64,000 nucleotides of DNA from Neoechinorhynchus agilis (Eukaryota; Animalia; Acanthocephala), in contig JBMGUZ010000009.1 of the NCBI GenBank assembly GCA_051530055.1, positions 5,307 to 69,306 on the forward strand, read 5' to 3'. Position numbers and translations under genes: made by a program. Each line of letters opens with the position of its first letter. The first letter of the stretch is position 1. The notes beneath the pieces are model-generated. The model searched no databases. It saw only the letters and a program-made list of their open reading frames with translations, and was not told the origin of the DNA. Below are positions 24,673-36,357 of this stretch, one piece after another.

Positions 24673-25354
24673 GCGTAAATATTATATTTTTGCGAGAACG
24701 GGCAGAGCTGTATTTGAATTTAAGCGCAGCAGGAAAATAGAAAGTTCATAAAAAATCTCGAATCGTGCAATACTCGATTATCTAAGGATTAATCCCAAAT
24801 ACTTTGCTTCTACCAAGATCGTATTAAATTGATTTTGCTCCTTTTCTGCTCTGAGAAGTAAAATAGTTGCCTGATATCTTCGAATAATTGGCAGACCTTT
24901 AATGGTTGAGTTTTTGGTGATTTTACAAAGATTCCCTCTCGTCTTTTAATTTTTTTTAAGTAAAACCTTTTTTCCAAGTTTTACAATGAGGTCAATCTCT
25001 TCTGTCATCTATTTTTAATGGTTTGTGCTAGGTAATCCAACAGTAACTTTCCTAAGACTGATAGACGACTGAGTATTTTTCTTAGCCTATTGTCTTTTTT
25101 ATAATTAACATTAGCTGAGAAGTGCATCTTGTTTATTAGTTCACCTTTAAAAACATTAACTGAAACTTTCTAGAAAAGCTTAAGAAGTCTTTAACATTTT
25201 TTGCGAAGACTATCGGTCCAATTGGAAGACAGCGATCGCTTAACCTTGTGATGGATTTTCATTTGCGCTACACGAGAACGTCTCACAGTTGCATCTCTGA
25301 CCCTCGCACAAAATAAACTCTATTTTTTGTTTCATGCCACTTGATGATATTCCT

Positions 25355-25914
25355 TTATTGAGCCGAAAGCTCAGTGTCATACTCATAGCAGAAAAGTGGA
25401 TGTTCATGAGGACCCACGCTACTTAGCTCATATTTCAGCGTATGTTTTCCCTAAAAGGTTTTTCATGAGTTTCCTGTTCTAAATATACAAATAAACTTAC
25501 GACAGGCATGAAAGGCATTATAAGAACGTTATGAACGGAGGTACAATCAGTTTCTTTGCAGTCCACTTTATAATTTTCAGCTGATGCGGTCCTGGAAATA
25601 AGTTCTCCGTTAATAGTCGTGGTCACTTTAAGCTCATAGTTATGATCATGATCTCCATCTGATTTGAATTGTGTGGTAATAATGATTTTATCGCCATGGA
25701 CGAGATGGCAAACGCCATCTTTAAGGCAATGGCACGTTTGCAGTTTTACGGATTTCGGACCAAGACCTTAAAAAGATCGTTTAGATGTCAACATTTTTAT
25801 AGATTATCTCGTACCTGCACATGGGCGGATGTGTTCAGTTGTAAGATCTTTTGAGTGGACAGCAGCGGCGTTGCTGAGAGCCAACACAGAAACGAGCAGG
25901 AGAAGGAATTCCAT
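25355..25914 (-). CDS. ML/NPC2-like protein (copy 2)
   Basis: Same three exons as copy 1, offset +21081. Confidence 0.8.
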
Positions 25915-26749
25915 GACTACTTAGAAGAAATGTTGCGGACGATTTCAGGTGAGATATTAAGTTCTATTTATATTGGTGCAACTGACGAAGAAATCATGTC
26001 AGTCTTATCGTTCCAGTCAAGATAAACGTGTCAGTTCTTGAAATTGTGGCATGCGTTTAGTACGTGTTCCAGGGGCACAAATAGACCGAGTAAAAATAAA
26101 TCGTTATATAGATAATCTTAAAGATTATGCCCATCATTGCGCCTTATATGATTGATTCGTTAACTATGAAATAGTGGGCAAGTTTAGTTGCATTTTACTT
26201 TCGAGAAAAATGCTTTTTCCATTTCTAAAAGCGTATTTCTATCACTACCTTTTTATTATGTGTTCTTTGTTGATGAGAAGAATAGATATTGATTTATTGA
26301 TCCAACGATTTTAGCCTCACACCTAATCTTCGAACAGAAGTACTACGGATAGTGACTTTTTTCTAACTCCCCTGAAGAAGGAGTTAAATTTCGAAATATC
26401 GGTCAAAAATAAACATTTGTTTTCAACCGCTTAACTTGCTTAAATAAAAGGACAATAGAAAAACGTGGAATTGATTCCTGCGCTCATAAGCAGCAACGTG
26501 CCTATTAGTCTTTCTAACGAAAGGAATTTTATAAAAGAAACAGATGGGTGCAGGATATTCTTGAGTCACATTCGTTTCAGACTACAAGCATTTTCCGTAC
26601 AAATATGTTTTTCTTATTGTTTGGAGTTTTGAGGGCAAACAACAAACATTTGTTGTTTATTTTTGTTTATCATAAAGCTCATGATGGGTCGAGGTCAACT
26701 TTCTCAAAAACCGTTTAAACCTGAAACGCTCCTCCTTTTGACGCGCAGT

Positions 26750-26880
26750 TATCCCGATCATTCGGTACCGCATCTCAGGATCTGATCAAGCGATTGTCGA
26801 AGAGACTGAGACGAATCATTGACGATGCGAGGGCAGGAGCATACGCGAAGCTGAGTTATTAAGAGCGGTGGGGTGAATGA
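26750..26880 (+). mobile_element. Old CRE-like 3' fragment
   Basis: Translates FGTASQDLIKRLSKRLRRIIDDARAGAY, resembling ALSLLKDLSKKLREATGDSRAGLF of the 8.9 kb element. Confidence 0.45.
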
Positions 26881-27049
26881 TATTTCCATAGTTTTTTGAA
26901 TACTAAAAGATTAATTTTTGATTTAGAATGCTTTGTCGAGCTCGCCAAATGAAAAGGTGGTTAAATGTTGAATGTTTGGATCTCAAAATAAGAAAACTCA
27001 AGGACATATCGTAGAGAGATTGGCAGCATCGAGCAGAGAAGGATTAGAC

Positions 27050-27407
27050 AACACCGAATGGCATCATTAGCAAAACGAAGAGGTCGTTTACTAGTGAGGA
27101 AAATGAATTGTTGAACTTAGGCTACCAATTTGCTCTCACAAATAAGAGAACGGGCAAAAGGGTGTCATTGGACGCAGCGAAGAATCTTGAATTAAGCGCA
27201 AAGAAAATAGTCGCGAATTTTGTGAAAAATGTGGCGACGACGCGGGTAATAAATGGTCTCTCAACAGTTTATGGAGATTTCATGCAGGATCACATTCGAT
27301 TAGAACGATATTCTCGTTGTGCGGATCAAACCCCGACAAATATTCTTCTTAATGTTTCGTTGACAAAATCCACTTCTTCATACATCTACAATATTGTTTT
27401 AAACTGA
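27050..27407 (+). mobile_element. Possible Penelope-like N-terminal fragment
   Basis: SFTSEENELLNLGYQFAL resembles the PLE N-terminal L..EE..LL..GL.F motif; no RT follows. Confidence 0.3.
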
Positions 27408-27589
27408 TTCCCTTGCCGTACCCTTGATTCGGAGAGTTAATGTCCGCTCGAACCCCCTGCACAATGTTCGGCTTTCTTTCAGCACCAAGTTGTTGATTGG
27501 GAGTGCGAGGCCGAAATTCGCCTTGTTTCCTGACGTGTATAATTTTTACACGTTACCCGAAACGATGTGACGTCGTACCACATTCAGAA

Positions 27590-28168
27590 AACGATGTGAC
27601 GTTGCACGTAGTGGGTTAGGTGTTGGACGCTCTGCGTTTGGTGGTTTTTTTGAATATTAAAAACATATCATCTGGCGACGAGGATGTCCGAACCCGAATG
27701 AAGACAATCGAGGATATTCTGATCAATCAACAGCAGTTGATACAGTTGTTGATACGAGAAGCCAAGCCCATATAGGGCAATATGATCGATAAGAATACGG
27801 GATTTAGGGTTTGTAAACATTTTGAATATTGCGGAATAAGTGATGACTCCATTAAGCAAGCATGCTTACTCGCCTGGATGGATTCGAGTGTATTCTGAAC
27901 GATCCGCAAACGTTTGGGAGTAAAGGTGCCGCCGGAATGCACGTACTCAGAACTACTGGGAGTATTGAGAAACGTTTTCCGAAGTGAAATTCATGAGATC
28001 GCAGCTCGATACAAATTTTTCAATATGGGTCTCGAAGGACAAATCTACCGTGAGTGGTTAGCTGACCTGTGGGGTGCAGCGAATAGTTGCCAGTTCTTCA
28101 AGGAGAAAATGGCTCATGAACAGGAAGCGACCGAACTATACATAGGAGATATAAACACGTTTTATTAA
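27590..28168 (+). mobile_element. Gypsy LTR element 1: LTR end, PBS and gag fragment
   Basis: PBS TGGCGACGAGGATG at 27673-27686 (complement of the conserved tRNA-Ser(GCU) 3' end); gag-like TYSELL..L...F....EIAARYKFF...EGQ..REW.ADL..AA..CQF. Confidence 0.75.
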
Positions 28169-28169
28169 T

Positions 28170-29910
28170 TAAGAAAAACGATCAATACACTTGCCAGCAT
28201 CTATCTTTGCTGAAGTTGTCTGGATGTCAGAGGTGGTACGAGCGAGGGCTGGATGAAAAAGGTTGGGGTTACGGGTGTTTACGAGGGAAAAGTATTTAGA
28301 AACGAAAGAAGAAAATTGTGGAGGGGATTGAAGAAGACGGAGGGCGTTTTTGGAGAAAATGGAGTGAAGGTGGGCGTCGAGGGGAGGGAGTGAAGTGCCG
28401 CATATTCTCGCTGCTCTTTTGTGGAAGGTTTCGAGGGAATGGAAAGCATTGGCGGAATAGGCGAGGAAAGTGGGGAAGGCGCATGTAAGGATAGGGAGGA
28501 TGGCAAAGAGATAAAAGTGGGCAAGGCGTTTAGGGGATATGCCGAGACGCCGGAGGAGTTCGAGGAGGTAAAGACGAGGGTTTGCTTTAAAAAGTGTAAA
28601 TGTGGGCATCCCATTTATGGTTTTCTTGTGAAATCAGGCCCAGTATTCGGAGCGACGAGGAGCGTTGGATGGGGAGAGGGAGAGGCGCGAGGATAAGATT
28701 GCGTTTGGGAATGTGGGGAACAAGCTCAAAAGATTTGGATAAATTTAGGGAGAGGTTTAGGGTGGAGAGTGAGGAAATGAGATGGTTGAGCTCGTCCATG
28801 GTAGTGGAGAGGGCGAGAGACGGAGATGCGATGGTAATGACTGTGAAGTCATCGGCATAGAGAAAATGTTTCGTAGAGGAGCGAGGGGATGAAAATCATT
28901 TTGAAAAATGTCAAAGAGAAGAGTGGAAAGTTCGGCGCCTTGGGTGACCCCTTTAAATATGCGCAGAGAAGAGGAGCAAGAAGTTCCACATTTGATATAT
29001 TGTTCGCGGTTGGAGAGGAAAAAGGAAATCCAAGCGAGTTGTCAAGTTGGGAGGCCGCATCAGAACAAGAGTAATTTGGACGGAAAGCGAATTGGGAGGG
29101 GGAGATGTTTTTGAGGAAGAAGGGAAGTAGGCGGGTTTTAAAACATTTTTCTAAGATTACGAAGCGATGTGGGGGGAAATCGGCTTGCTGTTTTTGTGTA
29201 GGGGACGACACGGGCTTCCTTAAGACACGACGGGAAAGAGATCAGTAGAAAGCTAAGGTTCGTTATGTGCGTTAAAGGATCGATAAGTTCAGGGATGATG
29301 AAACGAATGGCCCAATATTTGATAATCGAATTAGGGGAAGAATGGCGAGGCAGGCGTTTGAGGATCTCTAGGACTTCGAGAGGAAAACTAAGGAAGGGCA
29401 TGTATGGATGGGTGGGTCAGAAAGTGAGGAGGGAGGTTGGGACAATGGAAAGGAGGTTTGAGGAGGACAGAGGTTTTTATTCATGGTGTTGAGGATTGGG
29501 AGGAGATCAAATTTGGGGAGAGATGCGAAGGGGGTGGATCTACCAAGACCAGTGACATTTTTTATTTCACGCCAATAGTTTCGATTGGGAACGGACGAGA
29601 GACGAGATGAGAGGAACACTTTGCGGGCTATACGGATGCGTTTGGTCAATGTGGAGTGGAGGGAGGAGTAAACGGGATTGCCTGACCGGAAAGCTTTGGT
29701 GACCTGTATTTGAAGGGTTTTTAGAAAAGGCGAGAACCATGGAGGGTCGCGGTTCGATATTCGTATTCTTTTGCGAGGAAAGGTGGCCTTCATCGCTGAT
29801 TCTATTAGATTTACCAGAGAGCCCATTGCAATCGAGAGGTCGGTACCAAGGATGGTTAGGACGTTTTTGCGTGATAAGAGTATTGACACATACAGCAAAG
29901 GCGTGGGTAT
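28170..29910 (-). mobile_element. L2/CR1-like LINE, 3' part (linker, RT, tail region)
   Basis: DPPWFSP, YWREIK, ARVVP, SQFAFRP, FLYADDFTV, LRILGLI, FHKRAARI. Confidence 0.85.
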
Positions 29911-29913
29911 GAT

Positions 29914-31490
29914 TGTGGTAAGTACGCTATTGATTGTGCAATGTACTCTATTGATTGTGCTATGTACGCTATTGATGGTGCTAGCGTAAATGGGCATAAA
30001 ATAGTGTGTGTTGTACACATATAGAGTTTTGTTGCAATAAACAGTTCCGCTGTTTGGTTCATCCACCATGTCAACATCTGGCGACGAGGACAAATGAAAG
30101 ACATGGATGGAGGGTATCATGGGACAGCAAAAGGTGTGGATGGAAGAGATATTCAAAATGGTGTCCAAGGCCCAGATTGAACAGAAAAATGTGATACGGG
30201 GAGCACAGATAACCCCATTCTGCACTTTCGATGGAGTCGAGAACTGGGCCGAGTACGTAGAACAAGCCGAAGCTCACATGGAAATCAATGGAATCAAGGA
30301 AAGCGACGAAGAAAAGCGTAGATCCCGTCTATTGGACTGGATGGGTCCAAAGATTTACACAGAGCTAAAGAAGATGGTAGCCGGCCGACCGTTCGGCGAA
30401 GTCAGCTATGTAGATGTCAAGTCGCTGATTGACGCTCACGTAGCACAGCCAATGCACTAGATAACGGCGTGCTACCTCTTTAGTACATGCCGTAAAGCAG
30501 AAGGACAAACTCACGCCGAGTGGGCTACAGCACTACGAGGAGCTGCACGAGGATGCGGTTTCTACAACAAGGAAGTTAAGGATGAACGATCAGCGGTCGA
30601 CGAAAGGATTAAGGATCATATAATCGTGGCGACATCTTCGAAAGCTTTAAGAAAAGCTGCGATGCTAGGCAAGGATTAAGCATCATTGGAGGAAGTCTTA
30701 AAGATTGCCGAAGCGATCGAGGTAGCAGAAAAGGCGAGTGAGCTGTTATGTGATTCAAAAAGTAACGAGCGTTCGGATCAAAGAGGAGAGGTCGAGGTTG
30801 ATCGAATAATAAGTCAAAGGTTCACAAGGAAATCAGAGGATAAGCGAGTACAAGAACCGAAAGAGAAGTTCGGTAATCGATGTGGAAAATGCGGATTCGT
30901 TCATCGAGATAATGTTCAATGTCCGGCAAGAAGAGGAAAATGTTACAAGTGTGGTATTAGCGGACATTTTGCCCGAATGTGTAGAAAAGCGTGGGTGAGA
31001 CAAGTAGAAGCGGTAAAAGGAGTGCAGTCTAGAGAGGATGAGTGGGAACCTAAGAAAGGTTATGGTTGTTATGGGCTAATCTGCACTGCAAATGACGAGG
31101 GTAATTGAGCAGAAATAAAGGCGAGGGTCGATGGATGTCTAGTGACAATGAATTTTGATATTGGCGCGGATGTTAGTATCGTCGACGAGGATATGTGGAA
31201 TAATATCGGAAAGCCGAGTTTGAAAGCGACGAAGCGATTGAAGGCGCTTAGAGGATCCGAAATCGACTGTCTGGGCAAGTGCAAAGTGAGAATCGAAACA
31301 AGAGGGATAAAGAAGAATACAGTGGTGCACGTGGTAAAAGGAACGAAGGGATGTTTATGGGGGATTGACTGGATAAAGCTGTTTGATATGGAGTTACCCC
31401 CTTCAGTGATCGTCAGGGGAATAAAGACCGTACAGGAGTCAGTGGATGAGATGCTAAAACAGTTTAAAGTACTTTTCGAGAGGTGTACCC
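29914..31490 (+). mobile_element. Gypsy LTR element 2: 5' LTR, PBS, gag (CCHC) and protease; pol deleted
   Basis: Putative LTR ~29914-30076 (TG..CA, AATAAA); PBS TGGCGACGAGGA at 30079-30090; gag FDG.ENW.EY; knuckle CYKCGISGHFARMC; protease FDIGADVSIV. Confidence 0.85.
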
Positions 31491-31499
31491 TCCAGACAA

Positions 31500-32230
31500 C
31501 GTATGTTCGGAAAAGGAACGTTTTTGAGGTGATGAGGGGGAGAGAAGGATAAAACAATGGTCAGACGAGGCGATTGGGTGGAGTTTGGTAGTGAACGAGT
31601 ATTGCCTGATGTTTGGGAATTTTATCAAGGCGGGAGGAGAAGCGTGTGGGGAAAGTAACGAGTTGGGAGAGATGAGAGAGCGAGGACGGGATCGGCAGTT
31701 TGTTAAAATCGCCCAATATGATGAAGTGATCTGAGGGTGGTCTATTTGTTGAAGTCTGTTGGGGATGTTTGAGGAAGGAGGCCTATAGAGGTCAGCGATA
31801 GAGATCTCATGTTGGCCATTGCGGAGGGGGAGATAAAGTTGGATGTGAAGCCATTCAAGATCGTCGGAGATCAAAAGGCAGGGTGAAGAGCAGTGGTAAG
31901 GGAGAGGGACGCGGATGAAGATCGATATGCCTCCCCGTTTCGGAAGTCCCTTGTGAGGTGAAAAGCTTGAAAGTTTGGAAGGAGTCTGTGGGGGATGTTT
32001 GAGGAAGGAGGCCTATAGAGGTCAGCGATAGAGATCTCACGTTGGCCATTGCGGAGGGGGAAATGAAGTTGGATGTGAAGCCAAAAAGATCGTCGGAGAT
32101 CAAAAGGCAGGGTGAAGAGCAATGGTAAGGGAGAGGCCGTTGAGTTGACGAGAGAGAGAACGATTGAGTTGATGAGAGAGATAACGTTGAACGATTGAAT
32201 TGGCGAGAGAGAGAACGATGACGAGAATGA
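31500..32230 (-). mobile_element. L2/CR1-like LINE, 5' (endonuclease) part, with a ~145-bp internal duplication
   Basis: LYRPPSS and SSDHCFIL motifs; 31765-31905 is repeated at 31995-32135; it continues the 28170-29910 piece across the Gypsy insertion. Confidence 0.75.
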
Positions 32231-32352
32231 GAAAGAGGCATTAAAGATCATGCCGAAGATAGAAAGGAAAGATCAATCAGACCCAGAAGTGTTGAGCAAC
32301 CATTCCACTGTCGCTGACCTCCGTTGCCGGGTCCTCCTTACCTGAGGCCGCC

Positions 32353-34047
32353 GTGCCACCGTCTACCGGAGATTCATTCAATCTTAAAAACCTAAGCATC
32401 TACCGTTTGATTACCGGCTCTCAGAAAAGTATGGTCGAATTCGCCCTCGCCGTATTTTCTTGCTTTCCTGACGCTGTGTATAAGGCGGATTCTTCTCTTC
32501 GAGGGCTTGCCTTTAGACAGGGCGGGTTCGAAATCGCTCCTCTGCCTCTAGATGTGCCACATAGTGAGAAGCAAGCCTTTCTCGATGCATTTCTTGTCTT
32601 CTATAAAGATATAGCTCGTCCTTGCGTGTTAAAGTCAGAAGAGGTGAGCAAATATGAGCAGCATTTTAGTCTTGACACTATTTTTAGCGCTAGAGACTAT
32701 TATGACGTTTATGTTGTCGCTCGCAAATCGTGTATTGACTGTGGCAAGACAGTTGGGCAATCAGCCTCTTCCTTCCAAAATGTCCACGCCTGGGCCCATC
32801 ATTTATTCCACCGAACCTTTGCGGATCTTGATCTGAACGATGAATTGTCGGTTCGTGACATATTTGATGGAACTAAGTCTAACCATACGATCAAAATAAG
32901 GCGCAACACTTCGACCCTCCTTCTTATGCGTATTCTTGTTGCTGCTCAACTCTTCAAGCTCAAACTTATTTCAGAGGAAGAACTCATGGCTGGCGGTCTT
33001 GTCTCCGGATTGGGTGTTTTCTGCCCTACATTCGAGGCTCTCACCACCCGTCAAGCTCGTATCTTGATGGTCACTAGACGGTTACTTTCTAGAGCTAGAG
33101 CTATCTTAGCCACAGTTTTTCCTGATCTCATCGAATCGATAATTGGACCTCCACTCCCGTCTCCTTTAACTGAAAAGAGAGCTGAAGGTGAACCTGTCAC
33201 TGTCTTACCTCCAGAAGATCTTAACTTAACATCTTCTACTTTGCCTGAGAAGACGATGATTCAGCAGGACCAGCTTTCTACTATTACTCAAACTTTCGGG
33301 GCTTCCCCCACCGACCTTATAAGCAGCGCCACTCCGACACCATCACGAGCTAAATTTCGTGCGGCTGTTGACAAAATCCTGACAAAAAAGAGAATTGAGT
33401 TCAAGGAGATCCTTTCACAAAATCAGAAACAAGTCGAATCTACGCGAGAAGCCTTGGCTAAGCGCCCTCGCGACCCTGTATTACTTGGGATTTTGGAAGA
33501 ATCTAGAACGGCTCAACTTAAAATCGACTCTAGTTTAGCTCTGATAGAAAAAGTCGCAGAAGAGTTTCAAGCGCTTTCTCACCTTGACGATCTACCAGTG
33601 ATGACGACCTATAACGATGATCTCGATTTGGAGTCATTACCTAACAGCCCAGTCGACCTCGGCACCGCCTTCCTAGCTTATATGACTAGGGCGAAGGCCA
33701 CCGTTGGCACTGCTGAACACGTTCGTGTAGAAAAGAGGGAAAAGCGCGAGAAATACCGTAATTACAACTCGTTTGTTCCGACCGACAAGAATGGCTCATT
33801 TACGCGTGATATGGAGGCCGCCGTGCGAAGGACGAACAGCGACGAACAAGGTAAGTCTGCGACAATGATCATCAAGAACTGTCTACACTGTGGCCGAAAG
33901 CACAACGATGTTTCGAGGTGCCGAGCCAAGACAATGGTGTGCTACAAATGCAACAGAGTGGGTCATTTGTCACGTTGCTGTAAGACCTCGCGCATGGTTC
34001 AACAGATAATTGGACAGGATTCGAGCGACGATAAAGCGATTATGTGA
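32353..34047 (+). CDS. Chimeric ORF: unknown ~480-aa domain fused in frame to a Gypsy Gag zinc-knuckle C-terminus
   Basis: Frame open from 32296 to 34047. It contains C-X2-C-X14-H-X3-H (CIDC...HAWAH), a coiled-coil-like segment, then CLHCGRKH...C and CYKCNRVGHLSRCC. Confidence 0.6.
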   Translation: MPPSTGDSFNLKNLSIYRLITGSQKSMVEFALAVFSCFPDAVYKADSSLRGLAFRQGGFEIAPLPLDVPHSEKQAFLDAFLVFYKDIARPCVLKSEEVSKYEQHFSLDTIFSARDYYDVYVVARKSCIDCGKTVGQSASSFQNVHAWAHHLFHRTFADLDLNDELSVRDIFDGTKSNHTIKIRRNTSTLLLMRILVAAQLFKLKLISEEELMAGGLVSGLGVFCPTFEALTTRQARILMVTRRLLSRARAILATVFPDLIESIIGPPLPSPLTEKRAEGEPVTVLPPEDLNLTSSTLPEKTMIQQDQLSTITQTFGASPTDLISSATPTPSRAKFRAAVDKILTKKRIEFKEILSQNQKQVESTREALAKRPRDPVLLGILEESRTAQLKIDSSLALIEKVAEEFQALSHLDDLPVMTTYNDDLDLESLPNSPVDLGTAFLAYMTRAKATVGTAEHVRVEKREKREKYRNYNSFVPTDKNGSFTRDMEAAVRRTNSDEQGKSATMIIKNCLHCGRKHNDVSRCRAKTMVCYKCNRVGHLSRCCKTSRMVQQIIGQDSSDDKAIM

Positions 34048-35904
34048 TGCAATAGAACCGTAAAGGGAAGAAAAAAGCGGAAATTCACGCGAAAATCAAC
34101 GGGATCCCGATCTCTATGGAATTCGATACAGGAGCTGCTGAGTCCATCATTACCCGAAATATATGGGCGAAGCTGGGAAAGCCGAAATTAGGAGAAGCTC
34201 CTTCAATCAGAGCGTTTGGTGGCACGAAGATTGATACTATTGGGTCATGCAATGTGCAGGTGACGCTAGCTAATCGAAGGGAAACGCTCAACGTCATTGT
34301 GATCTCGGGCGTAGAAAAGCAAATCTTCGGATTACCTTGGGTGCTCAAATTCGATTTAACAATTCCTGCTGCACGGATTGTTGATGTACACAAAATTTGA
34401 GCGTCAACGAACCAAACGGAGGATCTATCCGATGCGAAAATCAAGGCTTTGATGAGGAACGAACTCGAGACGGTATTCGATGGAGAACTGGGGGCAGTAA
34501 CAAATTTCGAAGTAAGCCTGTCGGCCATTAAGAACCAAGAAGGTACGACGTGGAACCTCTTGAGAGAGAGTTGGAGCGATTGGTCTCGATTGGTATTCTG
34601 ATCCCAGTGGACGTGACAAAGGATGATCTCAAGTGGGCGACGCCCGTCAGAATCACTACGCCGATATCTTGTCCAGGATGCCGATGCTAAGTGAAGACGA
34701 TTTGATGAATTCCACAGAAGACGATACGCTTCATTACATTAAGCGAGTAAGCTCTTCAAATCACGGATGGAGTATTGAGGAGCTTAACAAACATGGACAG
34801 ACAGTTGACGCGTATCAAACGATTTCTAACATGTGGATGGCCGATAAAAATAGACAATGAGGATAAGCCTTTTTGGAGGCGACGTGACGAATTCTCCACT
34901 CAGAACGACATGGTCGTGTGGCTTGATCGAATTGTGATCCCACAGAGACTTCGCATCACCGCCCTCCATCAGTTACACGAAGGTCATCCTGGCGTCGTTG
35001 CTATGAAAACGTTGGCTCGTTTCTACTGCTGGTAGCCAAGAATCGATGAAGAAATCGAAAAATATGTCGGGAAGTGTCTCGATTACCCTGAAAAGATGGG
35101 CGAAACCAGAACACCTCAGCCTTCAAAACTTCCTGATGTCTTACAGGAGCATGCCACCTTACGATAACGCAGAAATGCCCAGCGGAGATGATGTTCGAGA
35201 GACGAATAAAGTCCCTGTGGGATAATATAAAACCGTGTGCTACCAAGACATCCAGCAGAAAGCAAGCGTTGCAAAAGCAGTCCCGTGATAAGAATTGTGC
35301 GAAACTAACAGAGTATAATATGGATGATAAGGCATGGGTCAGGGACACGGTAAAAAAGGAATGGAACAAGGGAGTTATAAGGAAGCAGAATGGGTCACTA
35401 TCTTATGTGGTGCAGACAAATATGGGTGAGAAGAGAATGCATGCCGACCACATAAGAAAAAGAGCAATAGGAAAACATGAAGATCCGGAAGGATTCATTG
35501 ATGAAGACGTTGTTGCAGATTTGAAGGATGGTGAAGATCAAAATAACAAACTCCAGGATAATGAAACACCACACAGCAAGAAACAGAACGAGGATCGATC
35601 TGGGAACTGAGCGAAGTTGAAAGAAGCATGAGCGAAGAAAGTTTTAGAGCGGCAAATGAACAAGCAAACAGAAGCGAAAATAGGTCGGAACACGAATTAA
35701 ATGAAGAACGATGGCTAAGGCGGAGTACAAGAATAAGGAGAAAGCCAATACTGCCGTATGATGAGTACCGAAATCTCCGAGGGGGAGAAATGTAGTGACA
35801 TGACGGCATTGCAACGTTGATATGTGAGTGTGGGTTTTAGTTAGTTTTTGAATTCTTGATTGACACATAAAATAGTTGAAGAATCGAATGATATGAGCAT
35901 GACA
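33805..35904 (+). mobile_element. Gypsy LTR element 3: knuckle, protease, internally deleted pol, integrase remnants, PPT and 3' LTR
   Basis: FDTGAAESII; ADILSRMP; RIVIP...LHEGHPG..MK.LAR..CW; WVRD...W.KGVI; PPT gagggggagaaa at 35779-35790; LTR tgtagt...catgaca at 35791-35904. Most of RT/RNase H and the IN core are missing. Confidence 0.85.
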
Positions 35905-36357
35905 GGCGATCTGGAAAATACCCAGTCTATAACGCAACGCCTTGAAACGACAACGAGTGAATTGTCAGTCATCGAGCGATACGGATCGTCATATGTAGTT
36001 CTAAACTACCTTCCCGGTGTGCCGAATCTGCTACCCTATATATCGCCGAATGGCCACGATTGTTCACCAGTCAATCTTGGAGCGGCCAGAATAATAGAAT
36101 CTCTTGCCATATCTTCTTACGTCAGGATAGTCACAGAAAGTGAACTTGGACTAGTCACAGAATCTTTCAACACATTATGGAAAACATCATCCATTGCAAG
36201 TCCGAATGTGTTCGCAATGATTTCAGCGCTCAGACCAGTCAGAACCGAAGACTTTGTTATAGTGAAGAAACAAAAAGAGGCAACAACCGAGTCAGTGACA
36301 AAGACGTCATCTACCATACTCAGAAAATGTGGTCAATACCAAAGAAATGCCCTTTAA
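35905..36357 (+). other. Open frame of ~150 codons immediately after the 3' LTR, unknown product
   Basis: GDLENTQ...YGSSYVVLNYLPGVPNLLPY...; no recognisable motif and no native start. Confidence 0.3.

Larger units (their letters stand above)
17212..26474. repeat. Left arm of the large inverted duplication
   Basis: Reverse complement of 55081-63657. Coordinate sums are 81555 (inner part) and 80869 (outer part) for all matching ORFs. Confidence 0.95.
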
